Source: Octopus sinensis (taxonomy: Eukaryota). From it: a DNA stretch of 64,000 nt. The position numbers were made by a program, and so were the translations under genes. Below, one piece after another: positions 1 through 11,210 of this stretch. The stretch covers positions 6,543 through 70,542 of the forward strand of contig NW_021834224.1 in NCBI RefSeq assembly GCF_006345805.1. Direction: 5' to 3'. Each line of letters begins with the position of its first letter. The stretch's first letter is position 1. The notes beneath the pieces were generated by a model. That model did not search any database and had not been told where the DNA came from. It worked only from the letters and a program-made list of their open reading frames with translations.

Positions 1-130
1 CTTATTTTATCGACCTTGAAAGGATGAAAGTAGATCTTGGTGGAATTTGAACTCAGAACACGATGGTGGATGAATGGCTTCTAAGTATTTTGCCTGGCAT
101 GCTAAAGATTCTGCCATCTCACTTCCTTAA
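1..130 (-). mobile_element. 5' part of tRNA-derived SINE family B (Meta-domain-like), diverged
   Basis: Matches the better copies at 56890-57668 (atcgacc..gaaaggatgaaag..gaatttgaactcagaac..catgctaa..ttctgcca); minus strand carries A/B-box-like motifs. Confidence 0.7.
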
Positions 131-147
131 TAATAATGATGATAATA

Positions 148-192
<45 letters not shown>

Positions 193-260
193 GGGTTAGA
201 CATCAAAAGAGAATGACTCCCAAGACACAACAGAATAATAATAATATAAGAAGAAGAAGT

Positions 261-546
261 TAGCGAAAGGGGCTGATTGCTACGTAGCTCAGATACCAGG
301 AAACCCCAAAATAGCAGAAATTCAAAAGATAGTGCTCATGGGAACTGCCCATATCTAACGTAAAATACTGTCTATGATGTAATCTCAAATTTTAAAACAA
401 ATTTAAATTCTTCTTATGTTTTCTTAGACAAAACCAAACATGACACCATAGGCATAACACCAACGTGAACTTCTAATTTGTTGTCTATTGAGAAATCTGG
501 GTGAGACTTGGAACCAACTTGTACAAATACAAAGCAAAAGTCAAAC

Positions 547-548
<2 letters not shown>
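261..548 (+). mobile_element. 3' end of Dong/R4-clade RLE non-LTR retrotransposon, in (TAA)n
   Basis: Translates AKGADCYVAQIPGNPKIAEIQKIVLMGTAHI, nearly identical to the C-terminus of the copy at 21460-22027, then the same 3'UTR ending agtcaaacat followed by (AAT)n. Confidence 0.8.
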
Positions 549-595
<47 letters not shown>

Positions 596-596
<1 letters not shown>

Positions 597-1151
597 TGCC
601 CTGATGCAATACCAGGCAGTGGCTCTCATGGCTTCTCATCTTAACTGATTGGAATTGTTATCAAGTACATTGTTTTGTTTTGGTATAAAAGATGGGTTAC
701 AGCAAATATTCTGCTCAATACCACAGATTTGCTTGTCAGTTGTTTGACCTTAACCAGTTGAGCATGTCCCTTAGTGGCTGACGATATGTGCATCTCTGAT
801 CACGAGCAGAAGTAGTGGGGGAGCATCATAGCCATGTGTTGAGAGGGATTCTTTGGGGTTTGAATAATTCACCTCTGGAAACATGGGTGTTTCGTTCAAC
901 ATCCTTAAACAACCCTTATTCAGGGACCTTTTGAGTGGGATGGGTTACTCGACCAGAAGAAAATTCTAACTGGGCCCCACCTGGAAGGTCATGCGCTGTT
1001 TATCTTGATATGAGATCACCATGTCGCGCACATATGGTTGTGATGCATGTGCCTGGTGTACCCTTATCAGATGGGTAGTCATGATGGGTATATTGGGCTT
1101 CGTATATTTTACCCCAGTGTCACTTTGATGGCATGCACTGCTCTCTCACTC
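596..1151 (+). mobile_element. Non-coding interspersed element (~555 bp) flanked by (AAT)n on both sides
   Basis: Starts atgccctgatg, ends ctctcactc; related copies at 1198-1412, 61974-62304 and a 3' remnant at ~2724-2750 (minus), all abutting AAT repeats. Confidence 0.75.
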
Positions 1152-1197
1152 AATGATAATAATAATAATAATAATAATAATATAATAATAATAATAA

Positions 1198-1412
1198 ATG
1201 CCCTGATGCTGTACCAGGCAGTGGCTCTCGTGGCTTCTGATCTGCAAGGTCATGTGCTATTTATCTTGATATGAGATCACCATGTCGCACACACATGGTT
1301 GTGATGCATGTACCTGGTGTACCCTTATCAGACGGGTAGTCATGATGGGTATACTGGGCTTCGTATATTTTACCCCAGTGTCACTTTGATGACATGCATT
1401 GCACTCTCACTC
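1198..1412 (+). mobile_element. Internally deleted copy of the 596-1151 element
   Basis: Same 5' ~45 bp joined directly to the 3' ~170 bp (gcaaggtcatg...ctcactc), bounded by AAT runs. Confidence 0.75.
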
Positions 1413-1637
1413 AATAATAACAATAATAATAATAATCGTCTTATTATGGCCACAAGGGCAGAACACAAAAAAAAATAGGGACCATAAAAATACAAGGGAC
1501 AAGTGGGGTTTAACACAAAATCTAGTAAACAATAAAATAACAATTAACAAAAAAAATTCTAAGGACTAAATTCCCAAATAGGTAGTGGGGTGGGGGGAGT
1601 TTCACCTAGGGCAATCCTGTCTTTTATATGTACAAGG

Positions 1638-1855
1638 CCTGAAGGTTTGGGGGAAGGGGTAGTGGATTACATTGACCCCAGTGCATGACTGGTACTTTTT
1701 TTATTGACACCCCCTTTCTGCTCCCTGCCGAAAGGATGAAAGGCAGAGTCAACCCTGGCTGCATTTGAACTCAGAACTCAGAATGTAAAGATGGATAAAA
1801 TGCCAGCAAGCATTTCACCCGGCATGCTAATGATTCTGCCAGCTCCCTGCCTTAA
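1638..1855 (-). mobile_element. SINE family B copy, diverged
   Basis: attacattgaccccagtg..ctggtact..gaaaggatgaaaggcagagtc..tttgaactcagaa..cggcatgctaa..ttctgccagctc, as in 56890-57668. Confidence 0.7.
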
Positions 1856-1930
1856 TAATAATAACAATAATAATAATAATAATATAATAATAATAATAAT
1901 GATAATAATAATAATAATAATAATAATAAT

Positions 1931-2093
1931 AGGTGCAGGAGTGGCTGTGTGGTAAGTAGCTTGTTTACCAACAACATGGTTCCGGGTTCAGTCCTACTGT
2001 GTGGCACCTTGGGCAAGTGTCTTCTACTAAAACCTCGGGCCGGCCAAAGCCTTGTGAGTGGATTTGGTAGACGGAAACTGAAAGAAGCCCATC

Positions 2094-2133
<40 letters not shown>

Positions 2134-2359
2134 GTGTGGGTGTTTGTGTGTCTGTGTTTGTCCCCCTAGCATTGCTTGACAACCGATGCTGGTGTGTTTA
2201 TGTCCCCGTTACTTAGCAGTTCGGCAAAAGAGACCAATAGAATAAGTACTGGGCTTACAAAAGAATAAGTCCTGGGGTCGAGTTGCTCGATTAAAGGCGG
2301 TGCTCCAGCATGGCCGCAGTCAAATGATTGAAACAAGTAAAAGAAAAGAAAAGAGAGTA

Positions 2360-2360
<1 letters not shown>
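1931..2360 (+). mobile_element. tRNA-derived SINE family A (CORE-like), full length
   Basis: Head aggtgcaggagtggctgtgtggtaag (A-box-like) and ggttcagtcc (B-box-like); central accttgggcaagtgtctt resembles the MIR CORE motif accttgggcaagtcactt; internal (AT)n; tail gactgaaacaagtaaaagag. Confidence 0.85.
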
Positions 2361-2396
<36 letters not shown>

Positions 2397-2629
2397 TGTT
2401 CCAGAAAGGTGGCAAGACATAAAAGATTTGTAAACGATATTAGGGGATTCTAACGCATAATTTATTAACCTTCAACATCTTAATGTATGTTTTTCCAAGA
2501 TGTAACTAATTATTTTTTTTTTTCATGTAAGAAATAAAAAACTTTTAATGTATTTAACAAATCAGGAATAATAACGATGTAACTCCTCCTCCTCCCCTTC
2601 TTCTTCTTCTTCTTCTTCCTGCTTGTGGC

Positions 2630-2648
2630 ATCATCATCATCATTATTA

Positions 2649-2707
<59 letters not shown>

Positions 2708-3207
2708 TTTACTATTATTATAGAGAGCAGAGCATGCCATCAAAGTGACAATTATTATTGTTGTTAGTGTTTGTGGGTTTTTTTTGTTGTTGTTGTTGCT
2801 GCTGCTGCTGTTTGTGGTGGTGTCATTATTATTGTTGTTGTTCTTGTTATTTGTGGTTGTGATGGTGACATTATTATTAATATTATCATTATTATGATTA
2901 TTATAGTTATTATTATTATTATTATTATTGTTATTATTATTATTGTTATTACTATGATTGTTATTATGATTATTATTATTATTATTATAGTTATTATTAT
3001 TATTATTATATTATTATAATGATTATTATTATTATTATGATGATTATTATTTTTATTATTATAGTTATTATTATTATTATTATTAATATTATTATAATGA
3101 TTATTATTACTATTATCATTATTATGATTATTATTATTATTATAGTTATTATTATTATTATTATTATTATGATTATTATTATAATTATTATTATTATGAT
3201 TATTATA

Positions 3208-3240
<33 letters not shown>

Positions 3241-3362
3241 GCTATTATTATTATTATTATTAATTATTAATATTATTATTATGATAATGATTATTATTAT
3301 TATTGTTGTTGCTTGTGGTTGTGATGCTGACATTATTATTATTATTGTTGTTGTTGTTGTTA
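2630..3362. repeat. (ATC)n/(ATT)n/(GTT)n compound microsatellite
   Basis: Long imperfect trinucleotide runs seen directly. Confidence 0.95.
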
Positions 3363-4049
3363 ATATATTCCAGTAAACATATCAACACTCAGATCAGGGC
3401 CTGTAAATGTTGTTATGACATTCACACACACAACATTTGTTGACCTTGAAGATTCTTATGACTGTTTTTTTTTTGTTTTTTTGGTTCCAAGACATATCCA
3501 ATTATTTTTCTTAAAGCAAAAGAAGAAAACAAAACAAAAAAAAACCAAAAAAAAAAATAAATGAAACCCGATATATTCCTCAAAACAACCAACGCTAACA
3601 ACAACAACAACAACAACAATAACAAAACTGATTGTTTCTAAATAAGGCTCAAAGCAAGTGATTTTAAGCGGTGGGGGGCTTCGTTGAGATTGTCGACCCC
3701 ATTTCTTGACTGGTATTCCAATTTATCAACCACAGAAGACTAAAAGTGAAATTGACCTTGGTAGGGCTTGAACTCAAAATGTTATGAACTGAAGCAAATA
3801 ACCACAAGGCATTTTTATGAACACTCTAATAATCGTGCTGATCCATAGGCTTTGTAAGGGATTAACAGTGATAATGCTAATAATTCATTTCGAATTTTGG
3901 CACAAGGCCAGCAATTTTAGGGGAGGGCATAAATTGACTACATTGACCCCTCTCTCCCCCCTCCCCCAGTGCTCCACTGGTACCTGTTCAATTGAGCCCC
4001 CCAAAAAATGAAAGGCATAAGACTTGAAATTTTGGGGGAGATGGCTAGT

Positions 4050-5210
4050 TGATTATATCGATCCCCCCCAGTGTTTCACTGGTACTTACTTAATTTATCG
4101 ACCCTGAAACGATGAAAGGCAGAGTCGACCTCAACGGAATTTGAACTCAGAACGTAAGGACTGACGAAATACCGCGATTCATTCTTTTCTACTCTAGGCA
4201 GAAGGCCCGAAATTTTGAGGGAGAGGGCTAGTAGGTTAGATCGACTGCAGTACGCAACTGGTACTTAATTTATCGACCCTGAAACGATGAAGGCAGAGTC
4301 GACCTCACGGAATTTGAACTCAGAACGTAAGGACTGACGAAATACCGCGATTCATTCTTTTCTACTCTAGGCAGAAGGCCCGAAATTTTGAGGGAGAGGG
4401 CTAGTAGGTTAGATCGACTGCAGTACGCAACTGGTACTTAATTTATCGACCCTGAAACGATGAAAGGCAGAGTCGACCTCAACGGAATTTGAACTCAGAA
4501 CGTAAGGACTGACGAAATACCGCGATTCATTCTTTTCTACTCTAGGCAGAAGGCCCGAAATTTTGAGGGAGAGGGCTAGTAGGTTAGATCGACCGCAGTA
4601 CGCAACTGGTACTTAATTTATCGACCCTGAAACGATGAAAGGCAGAGTCGACCTCAACGGAATTTGAACTCAGAACGTAAGGACTGACGAAATACCGCGA
4701 TTCATTCTTTTCTACTCTAGGCACAAGGCCCGAAATTTTGGGGGAGAAGGTTAGTAGGTTAGATCGACCGCAGTACGCAACTGGTACTTAATTTATCAAC
4801 CCCGAAAGGATGAAAGGCAAAGTCGTCCTCGGCGGAATTTGAACTCAGAACGTAAGGACTGACGAAATACCGCGATTCATTCTTTTCTACTCTAGGCACA
4901 AGGCCCGAAATTTTGGGGGAGAGGGTTAGTAGGTTAGATCGACCGCAGTACGCAACTGGTACTTAATTTATCAACCCCGAAAGGATGAAAGGCAAAGTCG
5001 TCCTCGGCGGAATTTGAACTCAGAACGTAAGGACTGACGAAATACCGCGATTCATTCTTTTCTACTCTAGGCACAAGGCCTGAAATTTTGGGGGAGAGGG
5101 TTAGTAGGTTAGATCGACCGCAGTATGCAACTGGTACTTAATTTATCGACCCTGAAACGATGAAAGGCAGAGTCGACCTCAACGGAATTTGAACTCAGAA
5201 TGTAAAGATG
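4050..5210 (-). repeat. Tandem array of a 175-bp SINE-B segment, ~6.5 copies
   Basis: attcattcttttctactctagg recurs at 4177, 4350, 4525, 4700, 4875 and 5050. Confidence 0.92.
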
Positions 5211-5371
5211 GATAAATGCTGCTAAGCTCTTTGCCTAGCAGGTCAGGGGTTCTGCCAGCTGGTCCTTTAGCATTCAGATTACTCTCATCTACTCTAGGCA
5301 CAAGACTCTAGGCACAGTTTAAATGCAATGAAACCTCAAAATCAATAAAATCCCAATAAATCAATAAATAT

Positions 5372-5573
5372 AGGCGCAGGAGTGGCTGTGTGGTAAGTAG
5401 CTTGCTTACAAACCACATGGTTCTGGGTTCAGTCCCACTGCATGGCACCTTGGGCAAGTGTCTTCTACTATAGTCTCAGGCTGACCAAACTCTAGTGAGT
5501 GGATTTGGTAGACGGAAACTGAAAGAAGCCTGTCGGTATATATATATATATATATATACACACAAACACACAC

Positions 5574-5627
<54 letters not shown>

Positions 5628-5634
5628 TATGTGT

Positions 5635-5670
<36 letters not shown>

Positions 5671-5856
5671 ATGCTTGTATGTCTACGTTTGTCCCTCTAT
5701 AACATTGCTTGACAACTGAAGATGATGTGTTTAAGTCCCTGTAACGTAGCGGGTCAGCATAAGAGACTGATAGAATAAGTACTAGGCTTACAAAGACTAA
5801 GTCCTGGGCTTGATTAGTTCGACTAAAGGCAGTGCTCCAGCATAGCCACACTCAAA
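5372..5856 (+). mobile_element. SINE family A, near full length
   Basis: Same head, CORE-like motif and tail as 1931-2360; 3' end truncated by CR1 sequence. Confidence 0.85.
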
Positions 5857-7157
5857 TTTTCTCCCCTCCATACACACACAAGCATGTATCTGACTCATAC
5901 ACTGTTCACTTTCCAGACATTTGTACATTACTGCATATGCAGACACCCATAAAATTATTAACCATCTTATTAACAATAACTCTGAGCACCTTTTCAAACT
6001 CCACCTGTCTAACACCCGTGGCCATGTTTACAAAGTCAGAAAACAACACAGCTCCCATGACTTTCGGAAACATTTTTTCACGCTGAGAGTTGCTGAAGCA
6101 TGGAACAAACTGCCGGCATCAGTTGTTAGTTGTCGGAGCACTGCATCCTTCAAAACTTCCATGCTTTTTGAGATTCGCCAACACTACACCTGATTTTCTC
6201 CCCTCCATACACACGCAAGCATGTATCTGACTCATACACTGTTCACTTCCCAGACATTTGTACATTACTGCATATGCAGACACCCATGAAATTATTAACC
6301 ATCTTCCAAACAATAACTCTGAGCACCTTTTCAAACTCCACCCGTCTAACACCCATGGACATGTTTACAAAGTCAGAAAACAGCACAGCTCCCATGACTT
6401 CAGGAAACATCTTTTCACGCTAAGAGTTGCTGAAGCATGGAACAAACTGCTGGCATCAGTTGTTAGTTGTCGGAGCACTGCATCCTTCAAAACTTCCATG
6501 CTTCCTGAGATTCGCCAACACTACACTTGATTTTCTCCCCTCCATACACAAACAAGCATCTATCTGACTCATACATTGTTTGCTTTCCAGACATTTGTAC
6601 ATTACTGCATATACTTTATACGTACTTTTTGACATGTTGAGGTGCACCTGAGCACTGTATACAATAATTTCATTATTATTAGTTTATCCATGCTGCATTT
6701 TTTAGTTAGTTCATCATATTTCATATTTTCTGATATATCTTCTGTGATACAGACAATTCTCCAAATAAACAGACACCCATAAAATTATTAACCATCTTAC
6801 AAACAATAACTTTGAGCATCTCAAACTCCACCCGTGGACATGTAAGTAAGAAAACAGCACAGCTCCCATGACTTTAGGAAACATTTTTTCACACTGAGAG
6901 TAGCTGAAGCATGGAACAAACTGCCGGCATCAGTTGTTAGTTGTCGGAGCACTGCATCCTTCAAAACTTCCATGCTTCCTGAAGATTCGCCAACACTACA
7001 CCTGATTTTCTCCCCTCAATACACACGCAAGCATGTATCTGACTTATACACTGTTCGCTTCCCAGACATTTGTACATTACTGCATATGCTTTATACACAC
7101 CTTTTGACAAGTTGTGGTGCACCTGAGCACTGTATACAATAATTTCATTATTATTAT
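5857..7157 (+). mobile_element. CR1-clade LINE 3' ends (ORF2 C-terminus plus 3'UTR), ~4 partial copies, three in 337-bp tandem
   Basis: RGHVYKVRKQHSSHDFRKHFFTLRVAEAWNKLPASVVSCRSTASFKTS matches the CR1 ORF2 terminal pattern RGH..KL...R...FFS.RV...WN.LP..VV....FK; unit start ttttctcccctcca at 5857, 6194 and 6531; (ATT)n tails at ~6670 and ~7150. Confidence 0.88.
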
Positions 7158-7239
7158 ATTATCAAATAACTGAAACAAAAAAAAAGAAGAAAAGAAATAA
7201 TACAAGAAAGCAAAAAAAAAAAAAAATTTAATTAATTAC

Positions 7240-7457
7240 CTGTGGCTCCAGGGTCCCACCCGCTGTGTAATGGGGTCCTTGTTGATAACTTGTACGCGAC
7301 ACTTTTCATTTTGCCTTGTCTCGATGTAAAGATCCTCCGGCCGAATGTAAACGGTCCGTCCTATTTTGACCGCTATATCGGCCTTGTGAATGACCACACC
7401 GCACTCAATTAGTGCCACTTGGAACAGTGTCCAAAGCAAAAGCTGTAATAACTCCAT
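7240..7457 (-). CDS. FREM1: First coding exon of FRAS1-related extracellular matrix protein 1-like gene (signal peptide plus N-terminal domain), with 1-bp frameshift near the donor
   Basis: ATG at 7457 gives MELLQLLLWTLFQVALIECG (signal-peptide-like) then VVIHKADIAVKIGRTVYIRPEDLYIETRQNEKCRVQVINKDPITQRVG, matching vertebrate FREM1 as I recall it (..DDL..[21 protein letters not shown]). Adding one base restores VGTLEPQ ending exactly at the donor cag|gtaatt (7240/7239). Confidence 0.8.
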
Positions 7458-7550
7458 CGCTTTCTTCAAACAATCCCCCCCTTGGTATATTGAATTTTTT
7501 CTTTGTATTTAATTTCTTAAATTTTTAAAATTATCTTATAATTTTGTTAT

Positions 7551-7584
<34 letters not shown>

Positions 7585-7645
7585 TTGTATTAGGGGCCTT
7601 TAGATAGGTTTCTTCTGACCATAAACTTTTTTAACTGGCATTCAT

Positions 7646-7668
7646 CTGAAACAGAAAGAAAAAGAAAC
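7646..7668 (-). promoter_or_regulatory. Probable splice acceptor of the FREM1-like ATG-containing exon
   Basis: Minus strand reads tttctttttctttctgtttcag|atg (polypyrimidine tract plus CAG), ~190 nt upstream of the ATG. Confidence 0.5.
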
Positions 7669-7689
7669 TGGTGATTAAAAGAGCTCAGT

Positions 7690-7860
7690 TTTATATTTAA
7701 GAGATGAGGAATTAAGTACGTTATTTACAATTGTTGGATATTTCACCTCATCTTGTTTGTTGTTAACACAACGTTTCGGCTGATATACCGTTTTTCATCA
7801 GGTGTCTTGGGGAAATTTCGAACCTGGGTTCCCATTCATAAGGTATTTTCACTGTTGTTG
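7690..7860 (-). mobile_element. Penelope-like terminal-repeat fragment with hammerhead-like core
   Basis: Minus strand cctgatga..cagccgaaacgttg; CTGATGA...GAAAC is typical of Penelope-like pLTRs. Confidence 0.4.
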
Positions 7861-7894
7861 TTGTTGTTGTTGTTATTATTATTATTTTTTGCTG

Positions 7895-7970
7895 AACCAC
7901 TAAGTTATGGGGATGTAAACACACCAGCATCGGTTATCAAGTGATGTTGGGGAAGGACAAACAAACATAT

Positions 7971-8005
<35 letters not shown>

Positions 8006-8645
8006 CATGTACATATATACGATGGGCTTCTTTCAGCTTCTGCCTCTCAAATCTACTCACAAGGCTTTGGTCAACTCGAGGCTATAGTGGAAGACACTAG
8101 TCCAAGGTGCCACGCAGTGGGACTGAACCTGAAACCATGTGGTCGGTAAGCAAGCTACTTACCACACAGCCACTCCTATATATATATATATATATAACAT
8201 ATATGTGTGTGTGTGTGTGTGTATGTCTTTACACTTTTACTCTTTTACTTGTTTCAGTCATTTGACTGCGGCCATGCTGGAGCACCGCCTTTAATCGAGC
8301 AACTCGACCCCGGGACTTATTCTTTTTGTAAGCCCAGTACTTATTCTATCGGTCTCTTTTGCCGAACCGCTAAGTAACGGGGACATAAACACACCAGCAA
8401 CGGTTGTCAAGCAATGTTAGGGGGACAAACACAGACACACAAACAAACACACACATACATATATATATATATACATATATACGACAGGCTTCTTCCAGTT
8501 TCCGTCTACCAAATCCACTCACAAGGCATTGGTCAGCCCGGGGCTAGAGCAGAAGACACTTGCCCAAGATGCCACGCAGTGGGACTGAACCCAGAACCGT
8601 GTGGTTGGTTAGCAAGCTACTTACCACACAACCACTCCTGCGCCT
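7895..8645 (-). mobile_element. Two SINE family A copies in tandem (7895-8180 partial; 8234-8645 full)
   Basis: Reverse complements of the family A head, CORE-like motif and tail. Confidence 0.85.
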
Positions 8646-8680
8646 ATATATAAACATATATATTTATGTATGTGTGTGTG

Positions 8681-8720
<40 letters not shown>

Positions 8721-9079
8721 TATATGGGTGGATGAGTGCATGTGTGTGTTTTTGAGGTAGTTTCTCACAGAAATCTTTAAAATTATAAAACAACACATTT
8801 AAAAATCGTTCAAAAAAAATATTTCGGTAAAAAGAAATTAAAATATTCAAAACACCAAAAAATCAAGTTAAATTTAGAAACAACCGCATCTTCATATATA
8901 TATATATATATATATATTTCATCTCTTTAGATTATATACACAAGTTTTTAAACTCTTATTTTATCCAATGAATGACGAAGATTGAATGTCTGGAAGGATT
9001 TTTTTTTTTTTTTTTAAATTGAAATCAAAGAAGAAAAATATGTGCAAATATATTTTCCGATCTGTTGCTTCCCACACTA

Positions 9080-9113
9080 TATATATGATATAATATCCAC
9101 GTGTATGTATCTA

Positions 9114-9155
<42 letters not shown>

Positions 9156-9176
9156 TATATATTCCATATATATATG

Positions 9177-9210
<34 letters not shown>

Positions 9211-9215
9211 TATAT

Positions 9216-9251
<36 letters not shown>

Positions 9252-9602
9252 ATTATAATATATATATATTATATCTATATATTATATATATATATTCATA
9301 TATATATATGTATATATATCTTCATATATATATTCATATATATATATGTATATATATATATATTCATATATTATATATATATGTATATATATCTACATAT
9401 ATATCTTTACATACATATATATTACATACATAATATACTACACATATATACATAAACATATATATACATACACATATATACATACACACATATATATATA
9501 TAATATATATATACATACACATATATATACATATATAAACATACACATATATATATACATATACATATATATACATACACACACATACACACACACACAC
9601 AT

Positions 9603-9636
<34 letters not shown>

Positions 9637-9704
9637 TCATATATATATCTACATACATATATATATATATGCATACATATACATACATATATATACATAC
9701 ACAC

Positions 9705-9735
<31 letters not shown>

Positions 9736-9952
9736 TATATATATGCATACACATATATATACATACACATATATACATACAGATATATATACATACACAT
9801 ATATATACATACACATATATAAACATACACATATATAAACATACACATATATATACATACATACACACACATATACATACATACACACACATATACATAC
9901 ACACACACACACACATACACACACATATATATGTATATATATATATATGCAT
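9080..9952. repeat. (AT)n/(ATAC)n/(AC)n compound microsatellite
   Basis: Seen directly. Confidence 0.95.
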
Positions 9953-10274
9953 ATAATGTTTATACTATCTGTGTGTGTTTCCTCGTTTATATGTGTGTAT
10001 AGACATTATTTTTGTATTTTGGCAGTATTGATTAATCTCCTCCCATCAAAATTCTTAGTCTTGTGTCATTATTGTTGTTGTTGGTATCGAAGTAGCCCCG
10101 GCGTGCTAACGTTTCCGCCAGCTCGCCGCCTTAATCTTGAAAACGATGAAGAATTCATTTAACCAATCTTGTCATTATGAAGCTGGTATTCGGAAGAATT
10201 TTTAACATGGAATTTTGAAGGGAGGTTTTGATAGGGATCCCTTTAACCCTTTAGTGTTCAGATTACTCTGTTAA

Positions 10275-10496
10275 CCCTTTCGTTACTGTATTTATTTTGA
10301 GATGTTCTGTGTTTCTTTCAATTAATTTTAAATATAACAAAGAATTTAGTAAAATAACTTAGTTATCATTCAGCTAGTGTTAGGAACATAAATTGTGACT
10401 AAGGTTTGGTGGAAGATTTGAATTCAAAACTTATGAAAACAAGACATTTGTACTATAGAGCCAGAGCCGGTTTCAGCCAGGTTGGTAACAAAAGGG
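10275..10496. mobile_element. piggyBac-like MITE (inner, 222 bp) with TTAA target-site duplication
   Basis: TTAA|ccctttcgttac ... gtaacaaaaggg|TTAA (TIR 11/12); removing it restores the outer MITE sequence ctctgttaaacgtaat. Confidence 0.88.
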
Positions 10497-10667
10497 TTAA
10501 ACGTAATACTTTTTCACTCAAATTATTTTCAATTAGTCATGCATTATCTTATAGCTTTGAGGTTTCAATGACATGATTGTTAATTTTTATAATGACATTG
10601 TAGGTTAGGTATGAGAGGCTAGATATGGCCAGTTTGAATATAAAACATGTAGAATATTTGGGTCGGA

Positions 10668-11210
10668 TAAATCGAATTGAACCAGCCAGGATCCCTGGTC
10701 TGGTGGTACGTAAAAAGCACTATCCGACTCGTGGTCGATGCCAGCGCCGCCTCCACTGGCTTCCGTGCCGGTGGCACATAAAATACACCAATCCGACCGT
10801 ACGACAGGCACCCATGCCAACCCCCTTTGCTTGCGAAGACATGTTGGGGCAAGCGAAATCGAAATCGAATTGAACCAGCCTGGATCCCTGGTCTGGTGGT
10901 ACATAAAAAGCACTATCCGACTCGTGGCCGATGCCAGCACCGCCTCCACTGGCTTCCGTGCCGGTGGCACATAAAATACACCAATCCAACCGTGGCCATT
11001 GCCAGCCTGCCTGGCACCTGTGCAGGTGGCACGTTAAAAAGCACCCACTACACTCACGGAGTGGTTGGCGTTAGGAAGGGCATCCAGCTGTAGAAACACT
11101 GCCAGATCAGACTGGAGCCTGGTGCAGCCTTCTGGCTTCCCAGATCCCCGGTCGAACCGTCCAACCCATGCTAGCATGGAAAACGGACGTTAAACGATGA
11201 TGATGATGAT
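10668..11210 (+). mobile_element. Retroposon family C with (GAT)n tail and ~195-bp internal duplication
   Basis: Ends ..cccatgctagcatggaaaacggacgttaaacgatgatgat; related copies at 20670, 20984, 22046 and 24133; aaatcgaattgaaccagcc recurs at 10668 and ~10863. Confidence 0.75.

Noticed and set aside
1852-2179. Recurrent peptides MLGGQTQTHK.., RQASFSFRLPNPLTRLW.., CHAVGLNPEPCGW as a gene family
   Set aside because: They are translations of SINE family A and recur wherever the SINE occurs.
1-7239. Second FREM1-like coding exon
   Set aside because: No VFDC-like continuation found on the minus strand; it probably lies left of the window.
9101-9956. Tyr/Ile/His/Thr-rich ORFs (also 17250-18389, 19457-19969, 57744-58467, 59503-60731)
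   Set aside because: Translations of AT/AC dinucleotide microsatellites.
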